DNA from: Halobacteriovoraceae bacterium | GTDB lineage: Bacteria > Bdellovibrionota > Bacteriovoracia > Bacteriovoracales > Bacteriovoracaceae | Assembly (NCBI GenBank): GCA_963719505.1 | Contig: CAVRCF010000001.1 | Location: 480,001-544,000 of the forward strand | Reading direction: 5' to 3' | Length of the DNA: 64,000 bases | In this document: piece by piece, positions 10,253 to 20,698 of the stretch | Position numbering within the stretch: the first letter of the stretch is position 1 | Layout of the letters: each line of letters begins with the position of its first letter | Made by a program: the position numbers and the translations under genes | The notes under the pieces: generated by a model | The model's database searches: none | Seen by the model: the letters and a program-made list of their open reading frames with translations, nothing else | Told to the model about the DNA's origin: nothing

Positions 10253-11476
10253 ATGTCTGTAGGTAAGTACAAGTATATTGGCGTAAGTGCAGATGGTCGA
10301 AAAGTCGAAGGCGAAATTGACGCTAAAGATGAAAGGCACGCAAAACGTCTTTTAAGGCGTCAAGGAATTCGTGCGCGAAAGATGACTGCGCCAAGTCCAT
10401 TAGATATCGATCTTGGTGTCTGGATGGTAGAGAAGGGTTTTGTTAAACCTTTTGGAAAAGATGAGCTAAACAGATTTACAAGACAGTTATCAATTCTAAT
10501 CAATGCCGGTGTTCCTATTATGGAGTGCCTGGATATTCTTTCAAAACAAGAAAAAAACGTCTCATTAAAGATGGCCATTAAAAGTATTATGGAGGACGTC
10601 TCCAGTGGTAAATCCCTTTTTGAGGGGATGGTTAAGCAAAATGGATTTGATAAACTCTACTGTTCTTTAGTGAAAGCTGGTGAGGCAGCGGGTATTTTGG
10701 ATACAATTCTTGTGAAGCTGTCCGAGTTTATGGATAAACAAGAGAAAATGAAAAAACAGATTAAAAGTGCGATGACTTATCCAACAATTGTTCTCGTTGT
10801 GGGAATCGCAGTAACTTATGGTTTGATGGTTTTTGTTGTTCCCCAGTTTGTGGGAATGCTAAACGAGTCGGGTCAGGAAATTCCTGCTGTCACTCAATTT
10901 GTCATCAATGTTTCTGATTTCTTTCAAGAGTATACAATGATTATGATTCCTTCAGCCTTTGTCGCTTTAATGCTTTTTAAGAATTTTATTAAGACAAAAG
11001 ATGGAAAGATTGCTTGGGATAGAACAACAATGAAAGCTCCTGTTTTTGGAGATATTGTTATTAAGGGAAATCTTTCAAGTTTTACTAGAACACTGGCCAC
11101 GATGTTGTCAGCTGGTGTGGCGTTGATTGAAGCCTTAGAGATTTGTATTGAAACAATTGATAATACTCAAATAGCTAAAGATTTAAAGCAAGTTCGAGAT
11201 GCCGTTGTAAAAGGTAAATCAATAACTGAGCCGCTGGGAAGAATTAAGTATTTTCCCCCGCTGGTCAATCAGATGGTAAAGGTTGGGGAATCAACCGGGA
11301 ACCTCGATACAATGCTTGTTAAAGTTGCAGATGTTTTTGAAGAAGAAACGGAAGAGTCGATAAAAACAATGACTTCACTGATAGAGCCTGCAATTCTTAT
11401 AGGCCTTGGTGGACTAATTGGTACCGTTTTAATTGCCATGTATCTACCGATCTTTATGTCAGCAGGTGGGGCTTAA
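10253..11476 (+). CDS. pilC: Type IV pilus platform protein PilC (GspF family)
   Basis: FTRQLSILINAGVP, AGEAAGILD, SAMTYP, VGESTGNLD, AMYLPIF. Confidence 0.95.
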   Translation: MSVGKYKYIGVSADGRKVEGEIDAKDERHAKRLLRRQGIRARKMTAPSPLDIDLGVWMVEKGFVKPFGKDELNRFTRQLSILINAGVPIMECLDILSKQEKNVSLKMAIKSIMEDVSSGKSLFEGMVKQNGFDKLYCSLVKAGEAAGILDTILVKLSEFMDKQEKMKKQIKSAMTYPTIVLVVGIAVTYGLMVFVVPQFVGMLNESGQEIPAVTQFVINVSDFFQEYTMIMIPSAFVALMLFKNFIKTKDGKIAWDRTTMKAPVFGDIVIKGNLSSFTRTLATMLSAGVALIEALEICIETIDNTQIAKDLKQVRDAVVKGKSITEPLGRIKYFPPLVNQMVKVGESTGNLDTMLVKVADVFEEETEESIKTMTSLIEPAILIGLGGLIGTVLIAMYLPIFMSAGGA

Positions 11477-11488
11477 AAGGAAAAAATT

Positions 11489-11827
11489 GTGAAAAGAGGT
11501 AAACTGTCTCGAGCAGAACAAACTCGAGAAGTAAGAAGAATTTTAAGTAAACACGATGTTGACCTCGGTGAGCTTCAAGTTTCTTGTTCGGGAACAAGAA
11601 TAACCTTGCAGGGAACGCTTCTAAAAAGAAGTGGTGATAATTTTAACTTTGAAGTTTTAAACACACTACTTGGAGAGCTTCAAAGAGTCGGCATGGTTTC
11701 CTCAGAGCTGACAAACTGGGATCTCAATAGTGGTGTTAGAAAACTGGAAAAGAACAAGGTTTCCTCTGGCTCAAATTCTAGCTCCCAAGGGTTAGAAATA
11801 GAAGATGAAGACCTATCATACGAATAA
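11489..11827 (+). CDS. Hypothetical small protein, possibly BON-like fold
   Basis: GTG start preceded by AAGGA; helix followed by LQVSCSGTRITLQG; acidic tail. Confidence 0.55.
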   Translation: MKRGKLSRAEQTREVRRILSKHDVDLGELQVSCSGTRITLQGTLLKRSGDNFNFEVLNTLLGELQRVGMVSSELTNWDLNSGVRKLEKNKVSSGSNSSSQGLEIEDEDLSYE

Positions 11828-11926
11828 GACATAAATAATTGGCAGTTATGGGGAAAACTATTCCTACTGTAAGATATCGAAATATATATATATCCTTAAT
11901 AAGTTCCTGATATTATTTAGTTAGGC

Positions 11927-11954
11927 TAAAGTATTTAAGATTTTGGGGCGATAA
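11927..11954 (+). promoter_or_regulatory. Putative sigma28 promoter for pilA
   Basis: TAAAGTAT-N12-GGCGATAA, about 107 nt upstream of the pilA ATG. Confidence 0.5.
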
Positions 11955-12061
11955 GTAGCATTATGCATTAAAATAAGATTTGTAGTGGCTTCTTCTTAAC
12001 AGTCTCTACAATTTAACCTTAAAACTTTCTAAACTCTTAACGTTTAAAAAGGGAGATCAAA

Positions 12062-12664
12062 ATGAAAAAATTTATCAACAAAATGAAACAACAAGACGGA
12101 TTTACTCTCGTTGAACTTATGATCGTTGTTGCGATCATCGGCGTCCTTTCTGCAGTTGCAGTACCAAACTTTCAAAAGTACCAAGCAAAAGCAAAAACCT
12201 CTGAAGCGAAAGTTCAGTTGGCTGCGGCTTATACCGCGGAGCAGGCATTTTATGGAGACTTCGGTATTTATGCTACTTGTCTGAACTATATGGGTTACAA
12301 CCCAGCTGATGAGGTGAATTCAAGATATTACGCTGTTGGATTTAACGTTGTTAATGCCATTAACGATGTTGCACACTCAAGTGCAGTGAACTCTGGTATG
12401 AGTACTACTATATGTGCTGATGATTTAGCTGCGGCAAATGGAACTACATTCTTTGCTGCTGGTAAAACTATTGGTGGTACCGCGGCTCTAACCGATGTAC
12501 TCGCAGCTGACTCATCTATTGGATCACAGGCAGATGACGCAAACATGTTGTTCACAATCGGTGCAAATGGTATTATTTCGTCTAAAGCAGTAACTGCAGC
12601 GACTTCTTCAAGATGGACAATGACTCAAGACAAAGTTATGACGAACGTATCAGTTGGATACTAA
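12062..12664 (+). CDS. pilA: Type IVa major pilin PilA
   Basis: Class III signal ...[28 protein letters not shown], then KAKTSEAK as in deltaproteobacterial-type pilins. Strong GGGAG RBS and its own terminator. Confidence 0.93.
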   Translation: MKKFINKMKQQDGFTLVELMIVVAIIGVLSAVAVPNFQKYQAKAKTSEAKVQLAAAYTAEQAFYGDFGIYATCLNYMGYNPADEVNSRYYAVGFNVVNAINDVAHSSAVNSGMSTTICADDLAAANGTTFFAAGKTIGGTAALTDVLAADSSIGSQADDANMLFTIGANGIISSKAVTAATSSRWTMTQDKVMTNVSVGY

Positions 12665-12693
12665 AAAAACTAAATTAAAAAAGTTAAATGGAG

Positions 12694-12719
12694 GGGCACT
12701 AATTAGTGCCCTTTTTTTT
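12694..12719 (+). terminator. Rho-independent terminator after pilA
   Basis: GGGCACT-AATT-AGTGCCC hairpin followed by T8; overlaps the stop codon of the convergent gene. Confidence 0.85.
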
Positions 12720-13514
12720 ATTAATATTTAAATTGTATTTATGGAAGGGCTTTGGAGCGAAAAACTCGCCATTCCTTTCTAAATACTTTTGACCGTAATA
12801 ATCCACTCTGTTGCAGTTTTCTTTTCGTTCGCTATTTAAACATTTTAGGTCAAGTTCGGCTTTAATAGCGTAAAGGTCTTTATCGAATTTTTCAATCACT
12901 TGAGGCACTGTCGCTGATTCCCTCATCTCCATAACGACTTCATAAACTTGAGACAAGGAGGCACCATTGGAATAAGAAAGTTTTGCTAATAGAGAATCTA
13001 TATATGTTGGTGACTTTGGACTCTGAGAAACGATTTTATATCTTGGGATAGCTTTGTCGTACTCCCCAGTTTCAAAGGCATATAGAAAGCCTGCATTTAA
13101 ATTCAAATTATAATCTAGAGGATAGTGGACAAGACCCTTTTCAAAAATTTTAGCTGCACCAACTAAATCGTCTTTTACAATAGAAAGGTATTGTCCTCCA
13201 AATTGATAATTTTTTAAAAATAAAGGATCAATTTCTGAAATTGTATTAAACCTTAGGAACATCCAAGAATTATCATTTTTTTCCTTTACGTGATTGATAT
13301 CAGACTCTAATAACGTTGATATCCACAAGGTTGAAGATATAAGTCTTCTTTGTCCGGTTGAGAAAACCAAAAGAAATTGATTGTTAAAGTTCAAAGCAGT
13401 CTGCTGTTTATTAAGTTGGAGTTGAGGTTTGGCTGTCGAGAGCTTGAGTTGCCATCCTATTGCAAGAAGTAAAATTCCAAAAATTAAAGTTATGTATGTT
13501 CTAATAATTTTCAT
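12699..13514 (-). CDS. TPR-like pilin accessory protein (Myxococcus PilG/Geobacter Xap-like)
   Basis: N-terminal TM; pattern IDPLF..NYQFGG..LS...IFEKGL..YP....AGFLY...YDKA; located between pilA and the ABC pair. Confidence 0.65.
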   Translation of the reverse strand: MKIIRTYITLIFGILLLAIGWQLKLSTAKPQLQLNKQQTALNFNNQFLLVFSTGQRRLISSTLWISTLLESDINHVKEKNDNSWMFLRFNTISEIDPLFLKNYQFGGQYLSIVKDDLVGAAKIFEKGLVHYPLDYNLNLNAGFLYAFETGEYDKAIPRYKIVSQSPKSPTYIDSLLAKLSYSNGASLSQVYEVVMEMRESATVPQVIEKFDKDLYAIKAELDLKCLNSERKENCNRVDYYGQKYLERNGEFFAPKPFHKYNLNINKKKGTN

Positions 13515-13556
13515 TAATAATTGCCAAAGTCTAAATTGCTGAACAGAATAGACTAT

Positions 13557-14414
13557 ATGCTAGAACTACACGGTATTACAAAAACTTTTAATTCTGACCT
13601 TTTTCGTAAGGAATTCGTTGCAGTTAATAACCTCTCTTTCAAAATAGAAGAGGGGAAAATTACGGGTTTTTTAGGTGCTAACGGTGCTGGGAAAACTACA
13701 ACCATGAAGATGATGATGGATTTCATCCGTCCAACAAAGGGGGAGATCTCCTTTAAAAACTCATTGGGTACCAAAAAAATAGATATTCTCAAAAATATAG
13801 GCTTTCTTCCGGAGAGACCATATTTTTATCCAAACTTATCTGGGCGAGAATTTTGTCATTATATGGGGCAACTATCTGGACTTTCAATTAATGAAACTAA
13901 AAAGCAAATTGATTACTGGGCTCCAGTTTTTAAGATTGAATTCGCTCTAGATAGAGTGATTCGAAATTACTCCAAAGGCATGTTACAGCGAGTAGGGTTT
14001 CTTGTGACTTTGCTTCACGATCCTAAGTTAATTATTTTAGATGAACCTTTGTCGGGCTTGGATCCGATTGGGCGAAAAGAGTTAAAAGACGTAATTCTCA
14101 GTATTAACAAGCTGGGAAAAACAGTCTTCTTTAGTAGTCACATAATTTCCGATGTTGAAGAGGTTTGCCACGATGTGACTTTCATAAAGGAGGGATCTCT
14201 TTTTTATCAAGGCTCTGTTGAAAAAATAGTAAATGAGCATTCTAAAGGTGAAAGTTTAATTACGTACACGGTGGCTGACTCTTTCGAGACATTAAAAGTA
14301 AAAGATGAAGATAAGAATAGCTCACTAAAGAAGCTCATTGAAGACGGACATAAAATAATAAAAGTAGAAAATGGAAAAATAACCCTCGAAGAGATCATAT
14401 ACAATGTTAAGTAA
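13557..14414 (+). CDS. ABC transporter ATP-binding protein (Myxococcus PilH-like)
   Basis: GANGAGKTT, YSKGMLQR signature, LDEPLSGLDP, SSH. Start placed at ATG 13557. Confidence 0.9.
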   Translation: MLELHGITKTFNSDLFRKEFVAVNNLSFKIEEGKITGFLGANGAGKTTTMKMMMDFIRPTKGEISFKNSLGTKKIDILKNIGFLPERPYFYPNLSGREFCHYMGQLSGLSINETKKQIDYWAPVFKIEFALDRVIRNYSKGMLQRVGFLVTLLHDPKLIILDEPLSGLDPIGRKELKDVILSINKLGKTVFFSSHIISDVEEVCHDVTFIKEGSLFYQGSVEKIVNEHSKGESLITYTVADSFETLKVKDEDKNSSLKKLIEDGHKIIKVENGKITLEEIIYNVK

Positions 14415-15174
14415 AGTTTTAATCATTTCTAAATATACGACCAAAGAAATTATAAAGAGTAGGATACTTCTCAATACTCTTTTTATAGGCGTTGGCTTAT
14501 TTATTGTGACCTTTGTCGCCTATAGTTTCTCTTACGGAGATCCTACTAAAATTGCATTGGACTTTGGTGCGGGGACACTTTCAATTTCATCGGTTGCGAT
14601 TGCTATTTTTATGGGGGTTTCACTTTTTTACGATGAAATTGAGAATCGTACAATATATCAAATTATTTCTAGACCTGTTACTAGATCTACATTTTTGTTG
14701 GGAAAGACTATGGGCTTGGGAGTCGTACTCATTCTTAATGTATTAATTTTGAGTGTAATATCTCAGAGCCTTTATTTCTTTTTGGGTGGTGAGTTTGACT
14801 CGTTAATAATTTGGAATATTTTGTTTACGATTATTGAGGCACTATTGGTATTGTCCGTTGTTACACTGTTCTCTTTGCTTACAAGTAAAGTTCTATCGGT
14901 TATCTTAACAATCTGTATTTATATAGCAGGGCATGCCATTAGCGGTGTTAAACTTTTGAGTTTTGTAAAGGAAAGGCCTTACTTGCAGGATATAATAGAT
15001 GTTTACCAATTCATCCTTCCTGGCTTTTATAAATTAAACATAAAAGACTTTCTTATTTATAATAATAACTTGAGCTACGAATACCTTTTAACGACAGCAG
15101 CCTATGGATTTATTTATACGGCAGCTCTCATTTCATTTTCAATATTCATCTTTAACAAAAAAGATTTAAATTGA
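14404..15174 (+). CDS. ABC-2 type permease (Myxococcus PilI-like)
   Basis: Six hydrophobic segments, [24 protein letters not shown] loop, terminal FNKKDLN. Confidence 0.88.
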   Translation: MLSKVLIISKYTTKEIIKSRILLNTLFIGVGLFIVTFVAYSFSYGDPTKIALDFGAGTLSISSVAIAIFMGVSLFYDEIENRTIYQIISRPVTRSTFLLGKTMGLGVVLILNVLILSVISQSLYFFLGGEFDSLIIWNILFTIIEALLVLSVVTLFSLLTSKVLSVILTICIYIAGHAISGVKLLSFVKERPYLQDIIDVYQFILPGFYKLNIKDFLIYNNNLSYEYLLTTAAYGFIYTAALISFSIFIFNKKDLN

Positions 15175-15954
15175 TGATCTCAGCAGTAGCTTTTATCATT
15201 TTTATTTTTGGAACCTTAATTGGAAGTTTCTTAAATGTTGTAATTTACCGCTTACCTCTTGGGAAGAGTGTAGTTTCACCGAGGTCTTCTTGCCCTAAGT
15301 GTGGTCACATGATTAAGTGGTACGAGAACTTGCCTGATTTTGAGTTACCTCTTTATTCTTAGAGGAAAGTGTTCAAACTGTAGTGCTAAAGTATCAATAA
15401 GATACCCTGCTATTGAACTCATTGTTGGTTTAATCGCACTAGCTCTTTTTCCTTTTGATCAACTTGACAATAATTCTTTATTTGTCTTCATTTTTTACTT
15501 CTCAGTTGCCTGTATTCTTCTTGCTCACTTTATTATAGATATTGAGCACAAGCTTTTACCTGATAAGATAAATATCTATTTTTTACTTATTACACTACCT
15601 TTTGTTTTTTTCACTAAACCGCTAAATTTTTGGCTAATTGGTGGATCTATTGGCTTTTTCTTACCTTTAATTGTAACATGGGGATTTTATAAATTGAGGG
15701 GAAAAATTGGTCTTGGTGGTGGTGATATAAAGCTTTTTGGAATTTTAGGTCTTCTTCTGGGCCTGTCGGAATCCTTCAGAATATTTTTATGAGTTGCTTT
15801 CTAGGCTCTATTGTAGGGCTAGTGACTTATTTTTAGCGGAAAGGTAAATAAGAATACTGCTTTGGCCTTTGGCCCTTATATAATTGTCGTTGCTGTGGTT
15901 CAGATATTTTATCCTACAATATTTGACCAAATCAATCTTTTTTCATTTCGATAA
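15174..15954 (+). pseudogene. pilD: Prepilin peptidase PilD, interrupted by three single-base indels (probable assembly errors)
   Basis: [16 protein letters not shown]...CSNC, IDIEHKLLPD, GGGDIKL, AFGPY. The frame is restored by removing one base at ~15336, adding one at ~15761 and removing one at ~15824. Span is 781 nt (260 codons + 1). Confidence 0.9.
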
Positions 15955-15971
15955 CATTTTGCACTAAAACC

Positions 15972-16001
15972 TTGATATTACGAAAATCTTACTTGTATAA
16001 T
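15972..16001 (+). promoter_or_regulatory. Putative sigma70 promoter for pilMNOPQ
   Basis: TTGATA-N18-TATAAT, upstream of a GAAGGA RBS and the TTG start. Confidence 0.6.
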
Positions 16002-16032
16002 AAACTAATTATAACTAATTGAAGGAATACTT

Positions 16033-17124
16033 TTGTCAAGCATAGTTCAACAATACAAAGATTTAATGGCGCAGTTCGAAAAGGGACAGCTCGTTGGTAT
16101 TGATATCGGATTAAATGCGGTTAAAGTTGCTTTATTATCTAAGACTAAAAAAGGCTTTATTTTAGAAAAGTATGGTGCCGTTGCGCTTTCTGAGGCTGCA
16201 ATTATTGAAGACGAAGTACAAAAACCAGAAGAAATAACTGATGCCATATTAGAGGCTCTGAAAATTGCTAAAATTGACAAACGAATAGTCAACATCGGAA
16301 TGGATGGCCCAAATACAATGACAAAGAGGCTTCAGGTTCCAGATGGAACAAAAGAAGAAGTCGAAGACAATGTTCTTTGGGAATCTGAACAATACATACC
16401 TTTTGGAGCCGATGACTCGGAGGTTGATTACTTTGTGCTGGGAGATATTCCTGAGGACGATGTAAAAGACGTTATCGTTGCAGCGATCAGAATTGATATT
16501 GCTGAAAAGTATATAGAATATGTAAAAAGTGTAGGCTTAATACCCAAGGTGGTTGATGTAAATGTTTTTGCAATAAACAATGTTTTTGAGACCGTTTATG
16601 CCAAAGACTTAGATATCTATTCTGATGAGGGAGTTATAATTGTCGACTTTGGTGCACAATCAACAACTGTAATCGTGTATAAAAATGGTGGTCCGGTACT
16701 AACTAAGGAGGTTAGTGTGGGTGGCGTCTTAATTACAGAGGAAATTCAAAGAATAATGGGTGTTAGCTATGAAGAAGCCGAGGATCTAAAAACCTTTGGT
16801 GATGAAAATGGCAATCTTCCAGAAGAAATCGTTGCCGTTATCAATAATCAAATCGAGACCCAACTTTTAGAAATAAAAAAGGTTTTAAACTTTTATATTG
16901 CTCAAGGCTCGAGCGAGCAAATTACAAGTTGTCTTTTAACGGGCGGTGGAGCTAAGCTTCCTGGCCTCGTCGACGCAATGGGTGAGATGATTGGTGGAGA
17001 TGTCGATATACTCAACCCCTTTAAAGTAATTGAATACAACAAGAAAAATATAACTGAAGCTCAAATCGAGCAAATAGCGACAACTGGAGTGGTCGCTATT
17101 GGTTTAGGGATGAGGTCAGTTTAA
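16033..17124 (+). CDS. pilM: Type IV pilus assembly protein PilM
   Basis: Actin-like fold motifs VGIDIG, ESEQYIPF, VDFGA, LTGGGAKLPGL, AIGLGMR. Confidence 0.93.
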   Translation: MSSIVQQYKDLMAQFEKGQLVGIDIGLNAVKVALLSKTKKGFILEKYGAVALSEAAIIEDEVQKPEEITDAILEALKIAKIDKRIVNIGMDGPNTMTKRLQVPDGTKEEVEDNVLWESEQYIPFGADDSEVDYFVLGDIPEDDVKDVIVAAIRIDIAEKYIEYVKSVGLIPKVVDVNVFAINNVFETVYAKDLDIYSDEGVIIVDFGAQSTTVIVYKNGGPVLTKEVSVGGVLITEEIQRIMGVSYEEAEDLKTFGDENGNLPEEIVAVINNQIETQLLEIKKVLNFYIAQGSSEQITSCLLTGGGAKLPGLVDAMGEMIGGDVDILNPFKVIEYNKKNITEAQIEQIATTGVVAIGLGMRSV

Positions 17125-17718
17125 TGATTGAAATCAACCTCTCCCCAAGTAAGAAAGCTGGATCCATTGCCAATGTCGCGGGGATAGACCTAAGTTTAAT
17201 AAATGTAAAAATGATGTTTATTGCATTGTTGATTCTGGTTTGTACCTGAAGGGTTCTTAGTTGATTTTTATGATTCACAAATACAAGAAAACAACACTAC
17301 GGTTCAAGGGCTCAATAAGGAATTGAGGTCGGTGAGTAGCAAAGTTAGAGGAATGGCTAATATTCAAAAGCAAGTTGATGCTTTGAATGAACAAGAACAG
17401 AAATTAGCTCAAAAGCTCAATGCTGTGAAAAACATCATCAATAAGAGATCCAATCCTTTTGATCTTTTGAGGTACGTCACCCAAAATATTCCTGAAGATG
17501 TTTGGGTTACATTTGTTTCTATTAAGGACAATAACCTTCTCATTAAAGGTCACTCCAAAAACTGGAAGAGTATTGGAGCCTTTTTAGAGAATCTAAAAAA
17601 TTCGATTTTCTTTTCAAAGCAAATTTCATACTCAAGACCTGAAAATGGTGCCAATGAATATCGTGGTCAAAGGGTAGAGGTCTTTGAGATAAATGCGACT
17701 ATACTGAGGTTCAAATAA
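17124..17718 (+). pseudogene. pilN: PilN, split by one extra base at ~17238 (probable assembly error)
   Basis: ATG 17124 gives MIEINL (the PilM-binding INL motif) and a TM. Removing one G joins it to ILFVPEGFL... and ORF 17323..17718 (IPEDVWVT). Span is 595 nt (198 codons + 1). Confidence 0.88.
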
Positions 17719-18329
17719 TGAAAGAAAGTTTAGTTAAAAATCTCCATTGGTTTATCATTCTTTATGCTTGTTGGGGACTGTTCGTTATTTATGAAGAAAA
17801 AGAAGCTCAGTTAGAGACGTCTGCTGTGTCCATACCTGTCATAACAGCAAAAATTACGAGATCAAAAGCCAAACTACGGCAAATAGAAACTTTTAAAAAG
17901 AACTTAAGCCAGTCAAAAGAGAGAGTACAAGAAGTTGTTAAACAAATCGAAAAGGTTCAAAAGCAACTTCCATCGGATGTTAACGACACTGAAGTCGAGT
18001 CCCTCATTGGAGATATTGCAAACAACTTGAAGATTAAGGAGCCTCAACCGTCTCCTGATAAAGAGACGAATAACGGCTTTTATTTTGCTAAGGACTATCG
18101 TTTAACTGGTTACGGTACATTTATTCAGTTTTTAATCTTTTTTGAAAACCTAGAAAAAACTGAAAGAATATTAAATGTAAAGTCGTTGGAGTTGGTTTAC
18201 GACGAATCTAAAACTCGCGGAAGGTTCCCAATTGTGAACTTAACTGCCATAATTGAATCTTATCGCTACAATACAGAATATACAGAGAGAAGCGGAGTAG
18301 AAGAAATTGAGAAAAAATTTGGTAATTAA
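17718..18329 (+). CDS. pilO: Type IV pilus assembly protein PilO
   Basis: TM, coiled coil, QLPSD, GTFIQFLIFFENLEKTERILNV; position in cluster. Confidence 0.85.
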   Translation: MKESLVKNLHWFIILYACWGLFVIYEEKEAQLETSAVSIPVITAKITRSKAKLRQIETFKKNLSQSKERVQEVVKQIEKVQKQLPSDVNDTEVESLIGDIANNLKIKEPQPSPDKETNNGFYFAKDYRLTGYGTFIQFLIFFENLEKTERILNVKSLELVYDESKTRGRFPIVNLTAIIESYRYNTEYTERSGVEEIEKKFGN

Positions 18330-18771
18330 ATTTATATTCCTAGTGATTCTCACTTTTGCTGTCCAAGCTGCACCTGAGAATATTTTTGAAGGATATACCT
18401 CGATTGAGGAACCATTTGAATTAAGGGATCCCTTCAAAGCTCCTGACTTAAGAGTTGAAAAAGAATCTAACGTTGTCGGAAAAGTCTCAAGTGGGGTTTA
18501 CTCAAATATTCCAATTTTAGGTGATGCCCCTATAGAGGCAATCCAAGTGGTTGGTGTTATTATAGGTAAAGAGAGAAGGGCTTTCATTAGGTTGAAGCAG
18601 GGCGAGAATGCTGGTGCTACAACTTATACAGTAAAAGAAGGACAGCTTATGGGTGAGAATGATGCAGAATTAAAAGCAATTTTACCTGGTGGATTAATTT
18701 TAGTTGAGAAAACTACTAATATTTATGGTCAGGAAGAATATTTGGAAACAGTTATTCCTATATCAAAATAA
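18307..18771 (+). CDS. pilP: Type IV pilus assembly protein PilP
   Basis: RDPF motif, VVGVI...RAFI, YTVKEGQLMG; lies between pilO and pilQ. Confidence 0.8.
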   Translation: MRKNLVIKFIFLVILTFAVQAAPENIFEGYTSIEEPFELRDPFKAPDLRVEKESNVVGKVSSGVYSNIPILGDAPIEAIQVVGVIIGKERRAFIRLKQGENAGATTYTVKEGQLMGENDAELKAILPGGLILVEKTTNIYGQEEYLETVIPISK

Positions 18772-18818
18772 TATTGATACGATGTATAAAATAACTATAA
18801 CTTTAAGGAAGAGGTTAT

Positions 18819-20693
18819 ATGAATAAAATGATTTTTGCTCTATTCGCTTGTCTTGTTTTGTCGTCTGTGTTTGCCGCGGATGATCCTTCAAATGTGAAAT
18901 TTGTCAATTTTATCCAAGATGGTGATGTCTCGAAACTTATCATTGAGTTTGATAAACCAACCTTTGGTGAAAGAACCCACATAAAAGATGATAAACAAAT
19001 AATACTAGATATTAAAAATGCCACGGCTGGTAAAAAGTTTCTTCGAGGAATGGATACGTCTGAATTCTCAGGGAGTGCTGTTTTCGTTTCACCTTATAAA
19101 AAACCTGGAAGTAAAAATGATTTAAGATTTGCTATTCAGCTTAGAGATAATGTCAGGTCTTTTATTGAGAATAAAAGAAATAGAATTGTTCTTCATATTG
19201 AAAATCGATTTGGTGTTTTCTCCAAAAGAAAACTTGAAAAGTCTGATGTTCAGGTAACTGGCGCTCTTAGTGAAGAGGACAAAAAGTTAAATATTCCAAA
19301 ATCTGGAACTGTTCAAGATATTTTAGAGAATCTAACTCTTTCGGGTGTTAAAAAGTATGTTGGTAAAAAGATATCAATAAATGTTATTAGTGTAAGCTAT
19401 CCAGAGGTGCTTCGTATGATTGCCGATACCTCCGGCTTCAATATCATCATTGACGATGAAATAAATGCTCTTCCACCACTTACTTTAAGTCTTACAAATA
19501 TTCCATGGGATGAAGCTTTAGATACTATTATGAGTTTAGGGAAGCTTGTTGCGAAAAAGCACTCAAATATTCTAACTGTTCAGACAGAAACCAAAGCCCG
19601 ACAAGAGAAACAACTTGAGATTGAAAGAAAAAACCTAAATAAGATTCAAGAGCCAATGGTGACGAAAATTTTCCCAATAAGTTTCGCTAAGCCCGAGGAC
19701 ATTGTTACAATTATATCTGACTACCTAACTGGTGGATCTCAACAACCTGGAGTCGGTGGCGTTACTGGTGGAATCAGTGGTGAACAGCAGGGGCGAGCAA
19801 AGGTTGATAAGAGAACAAGTAATATTATTGTTAGAGATACAGTTGAAGTTATTGAGAGAATTAAAAAAATAGTTGAAGTTCTTGATACTGAGACACCTCA
19901 GATTCTTATCGAATCGAAGATTGTTGAAGTTTCAGACGAATACGAACTACGAGCTGGTTTAGGTGGAGCATCAGGACTAACTGCTAGTTATAATCCAATC
20001 GCCGATTTAGGGAATCTTGGAGAGGAGACGGGAGTATTCTCATTCAGTTCTGCTCCAACAGCAGGCTCTCCAACGGTTTTATCTGGTGCGATACAGGTTT
20101 ATAAAAGACTTACGGGGCTCAATTTTGCGTTAGACCTTATGGAGTCTGAGACAAAGGGTAGGATCGTATCGAGTCCGAAAATTATTACTCAAAATAACGA
20201 AGCTGCAACGATTACTTCAGATCAGGTCATAAGTGTTTTGACACAGCAGCAACCTGTCCAGGGTGGAGCCGTTGGTGGTATTCAGCCGCTTACGACACTG
20301 GAGACTTTGACAGCATCACTAAGCCTCGCAGTTACACCTCGTGTGACCAACGATGGCTCTATTAATATGAAAGTTGATATTACAAAGGGGTCTTTCGGAA
20401 ACCAGCCTGATCCTAGGCAGCCACCACCACAGACGAATAACTCTATGACTACAAATGTGTTGGTTGATAATGGATCAACAATTGTCGTTGGTGGAATACA
20501 TACAACAACTGAGAGAGAAGTTGAAAACGGAATCCCATTCTTGAAGGATCTCCCGTTAATCGGGTGGCTTTTTAGAAATGCGTACAATCCAACTTCAAAC
20601 AAGGCTGAGCTTGTTGTCTTTATTACTCCGAGGATTATTAACCAAGAAGAAGCCGGCCTTGTAAATCGAGATATGGAAGGATTGGGAATTTAG
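18819..20693 (+). CDS. pilQ: Type IV pilus secretin PilQ
   Basis: Signal peptide, AMIN-like N-terminus, IPWDEALD, PQILIESKIVE, GIPFLKDLPLIGWLF, ELVVFITPRII. Confidence 0.93.
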   Translation: MNKMIFALFACLVLSSVFAADDPSNVKFVNFIQDGDVSKLIIEFDKPTFGERTHIKDDKQIILDIKNATAGKKFLRGMDTSEFSGSAVFVSPYKKPGSKNDLRFAIQLRDNVRSFIENKRNRIVLHIENRFGVFSKRKLEKSDVQVTGALSEEDKKLNIPKSGTVQDILENLTLSGVKKYVGKKISINVISVSYPEVLRMIADTSGFNIIIDDEINALPPLTLSLTNIPWDEALDTIMSLGKLVAKKHSNILTVQTETKARQEKQLEIERKNLNKIQEPMVTKIFPISFAKPEDIVTIISDYLTGGSQQPGVGGVTGGISGEQQGRAKVDKRTSNIIVRDTVEVIERIKKIVEVLDTETPQILIESKIVEVSDEYELRAGLGGASGLTASYNPIADLGNLGEETGVFSFSSAPTAGSPTVLSGAIQVYKRLTGLNFALDLMESETKGRIVSSPKIITQNNEAATITSDQVISVLTQQQPVQGGAVGGIQPLTTLETLTASLSLAVTPRVTNDGSINMKVDITKGSFGNQPDPRQPPPQTNNSMTTNVLVDNGSTIVVGGIHTTTEREVENGIPFLKDLPLIGWLFRNAYNPTSNKAELVVFITPRIINQEEAGLVNRDMEGLGI

Positions 20694-20698
20694 GTTCG

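Noticed and set aside
11880-11893. (AT)n run upstream of pilA as a contingency repeat
   Set aside because: It is short, sits in AT-rich DNA and lies outside the putative promoter spacer.
15174-17718. Phase variation as the cause of the pilD/pilN frameshifts
   Set aside because: The indels are not in simple-sequence repeats, and three in one gene fits consensus error better.
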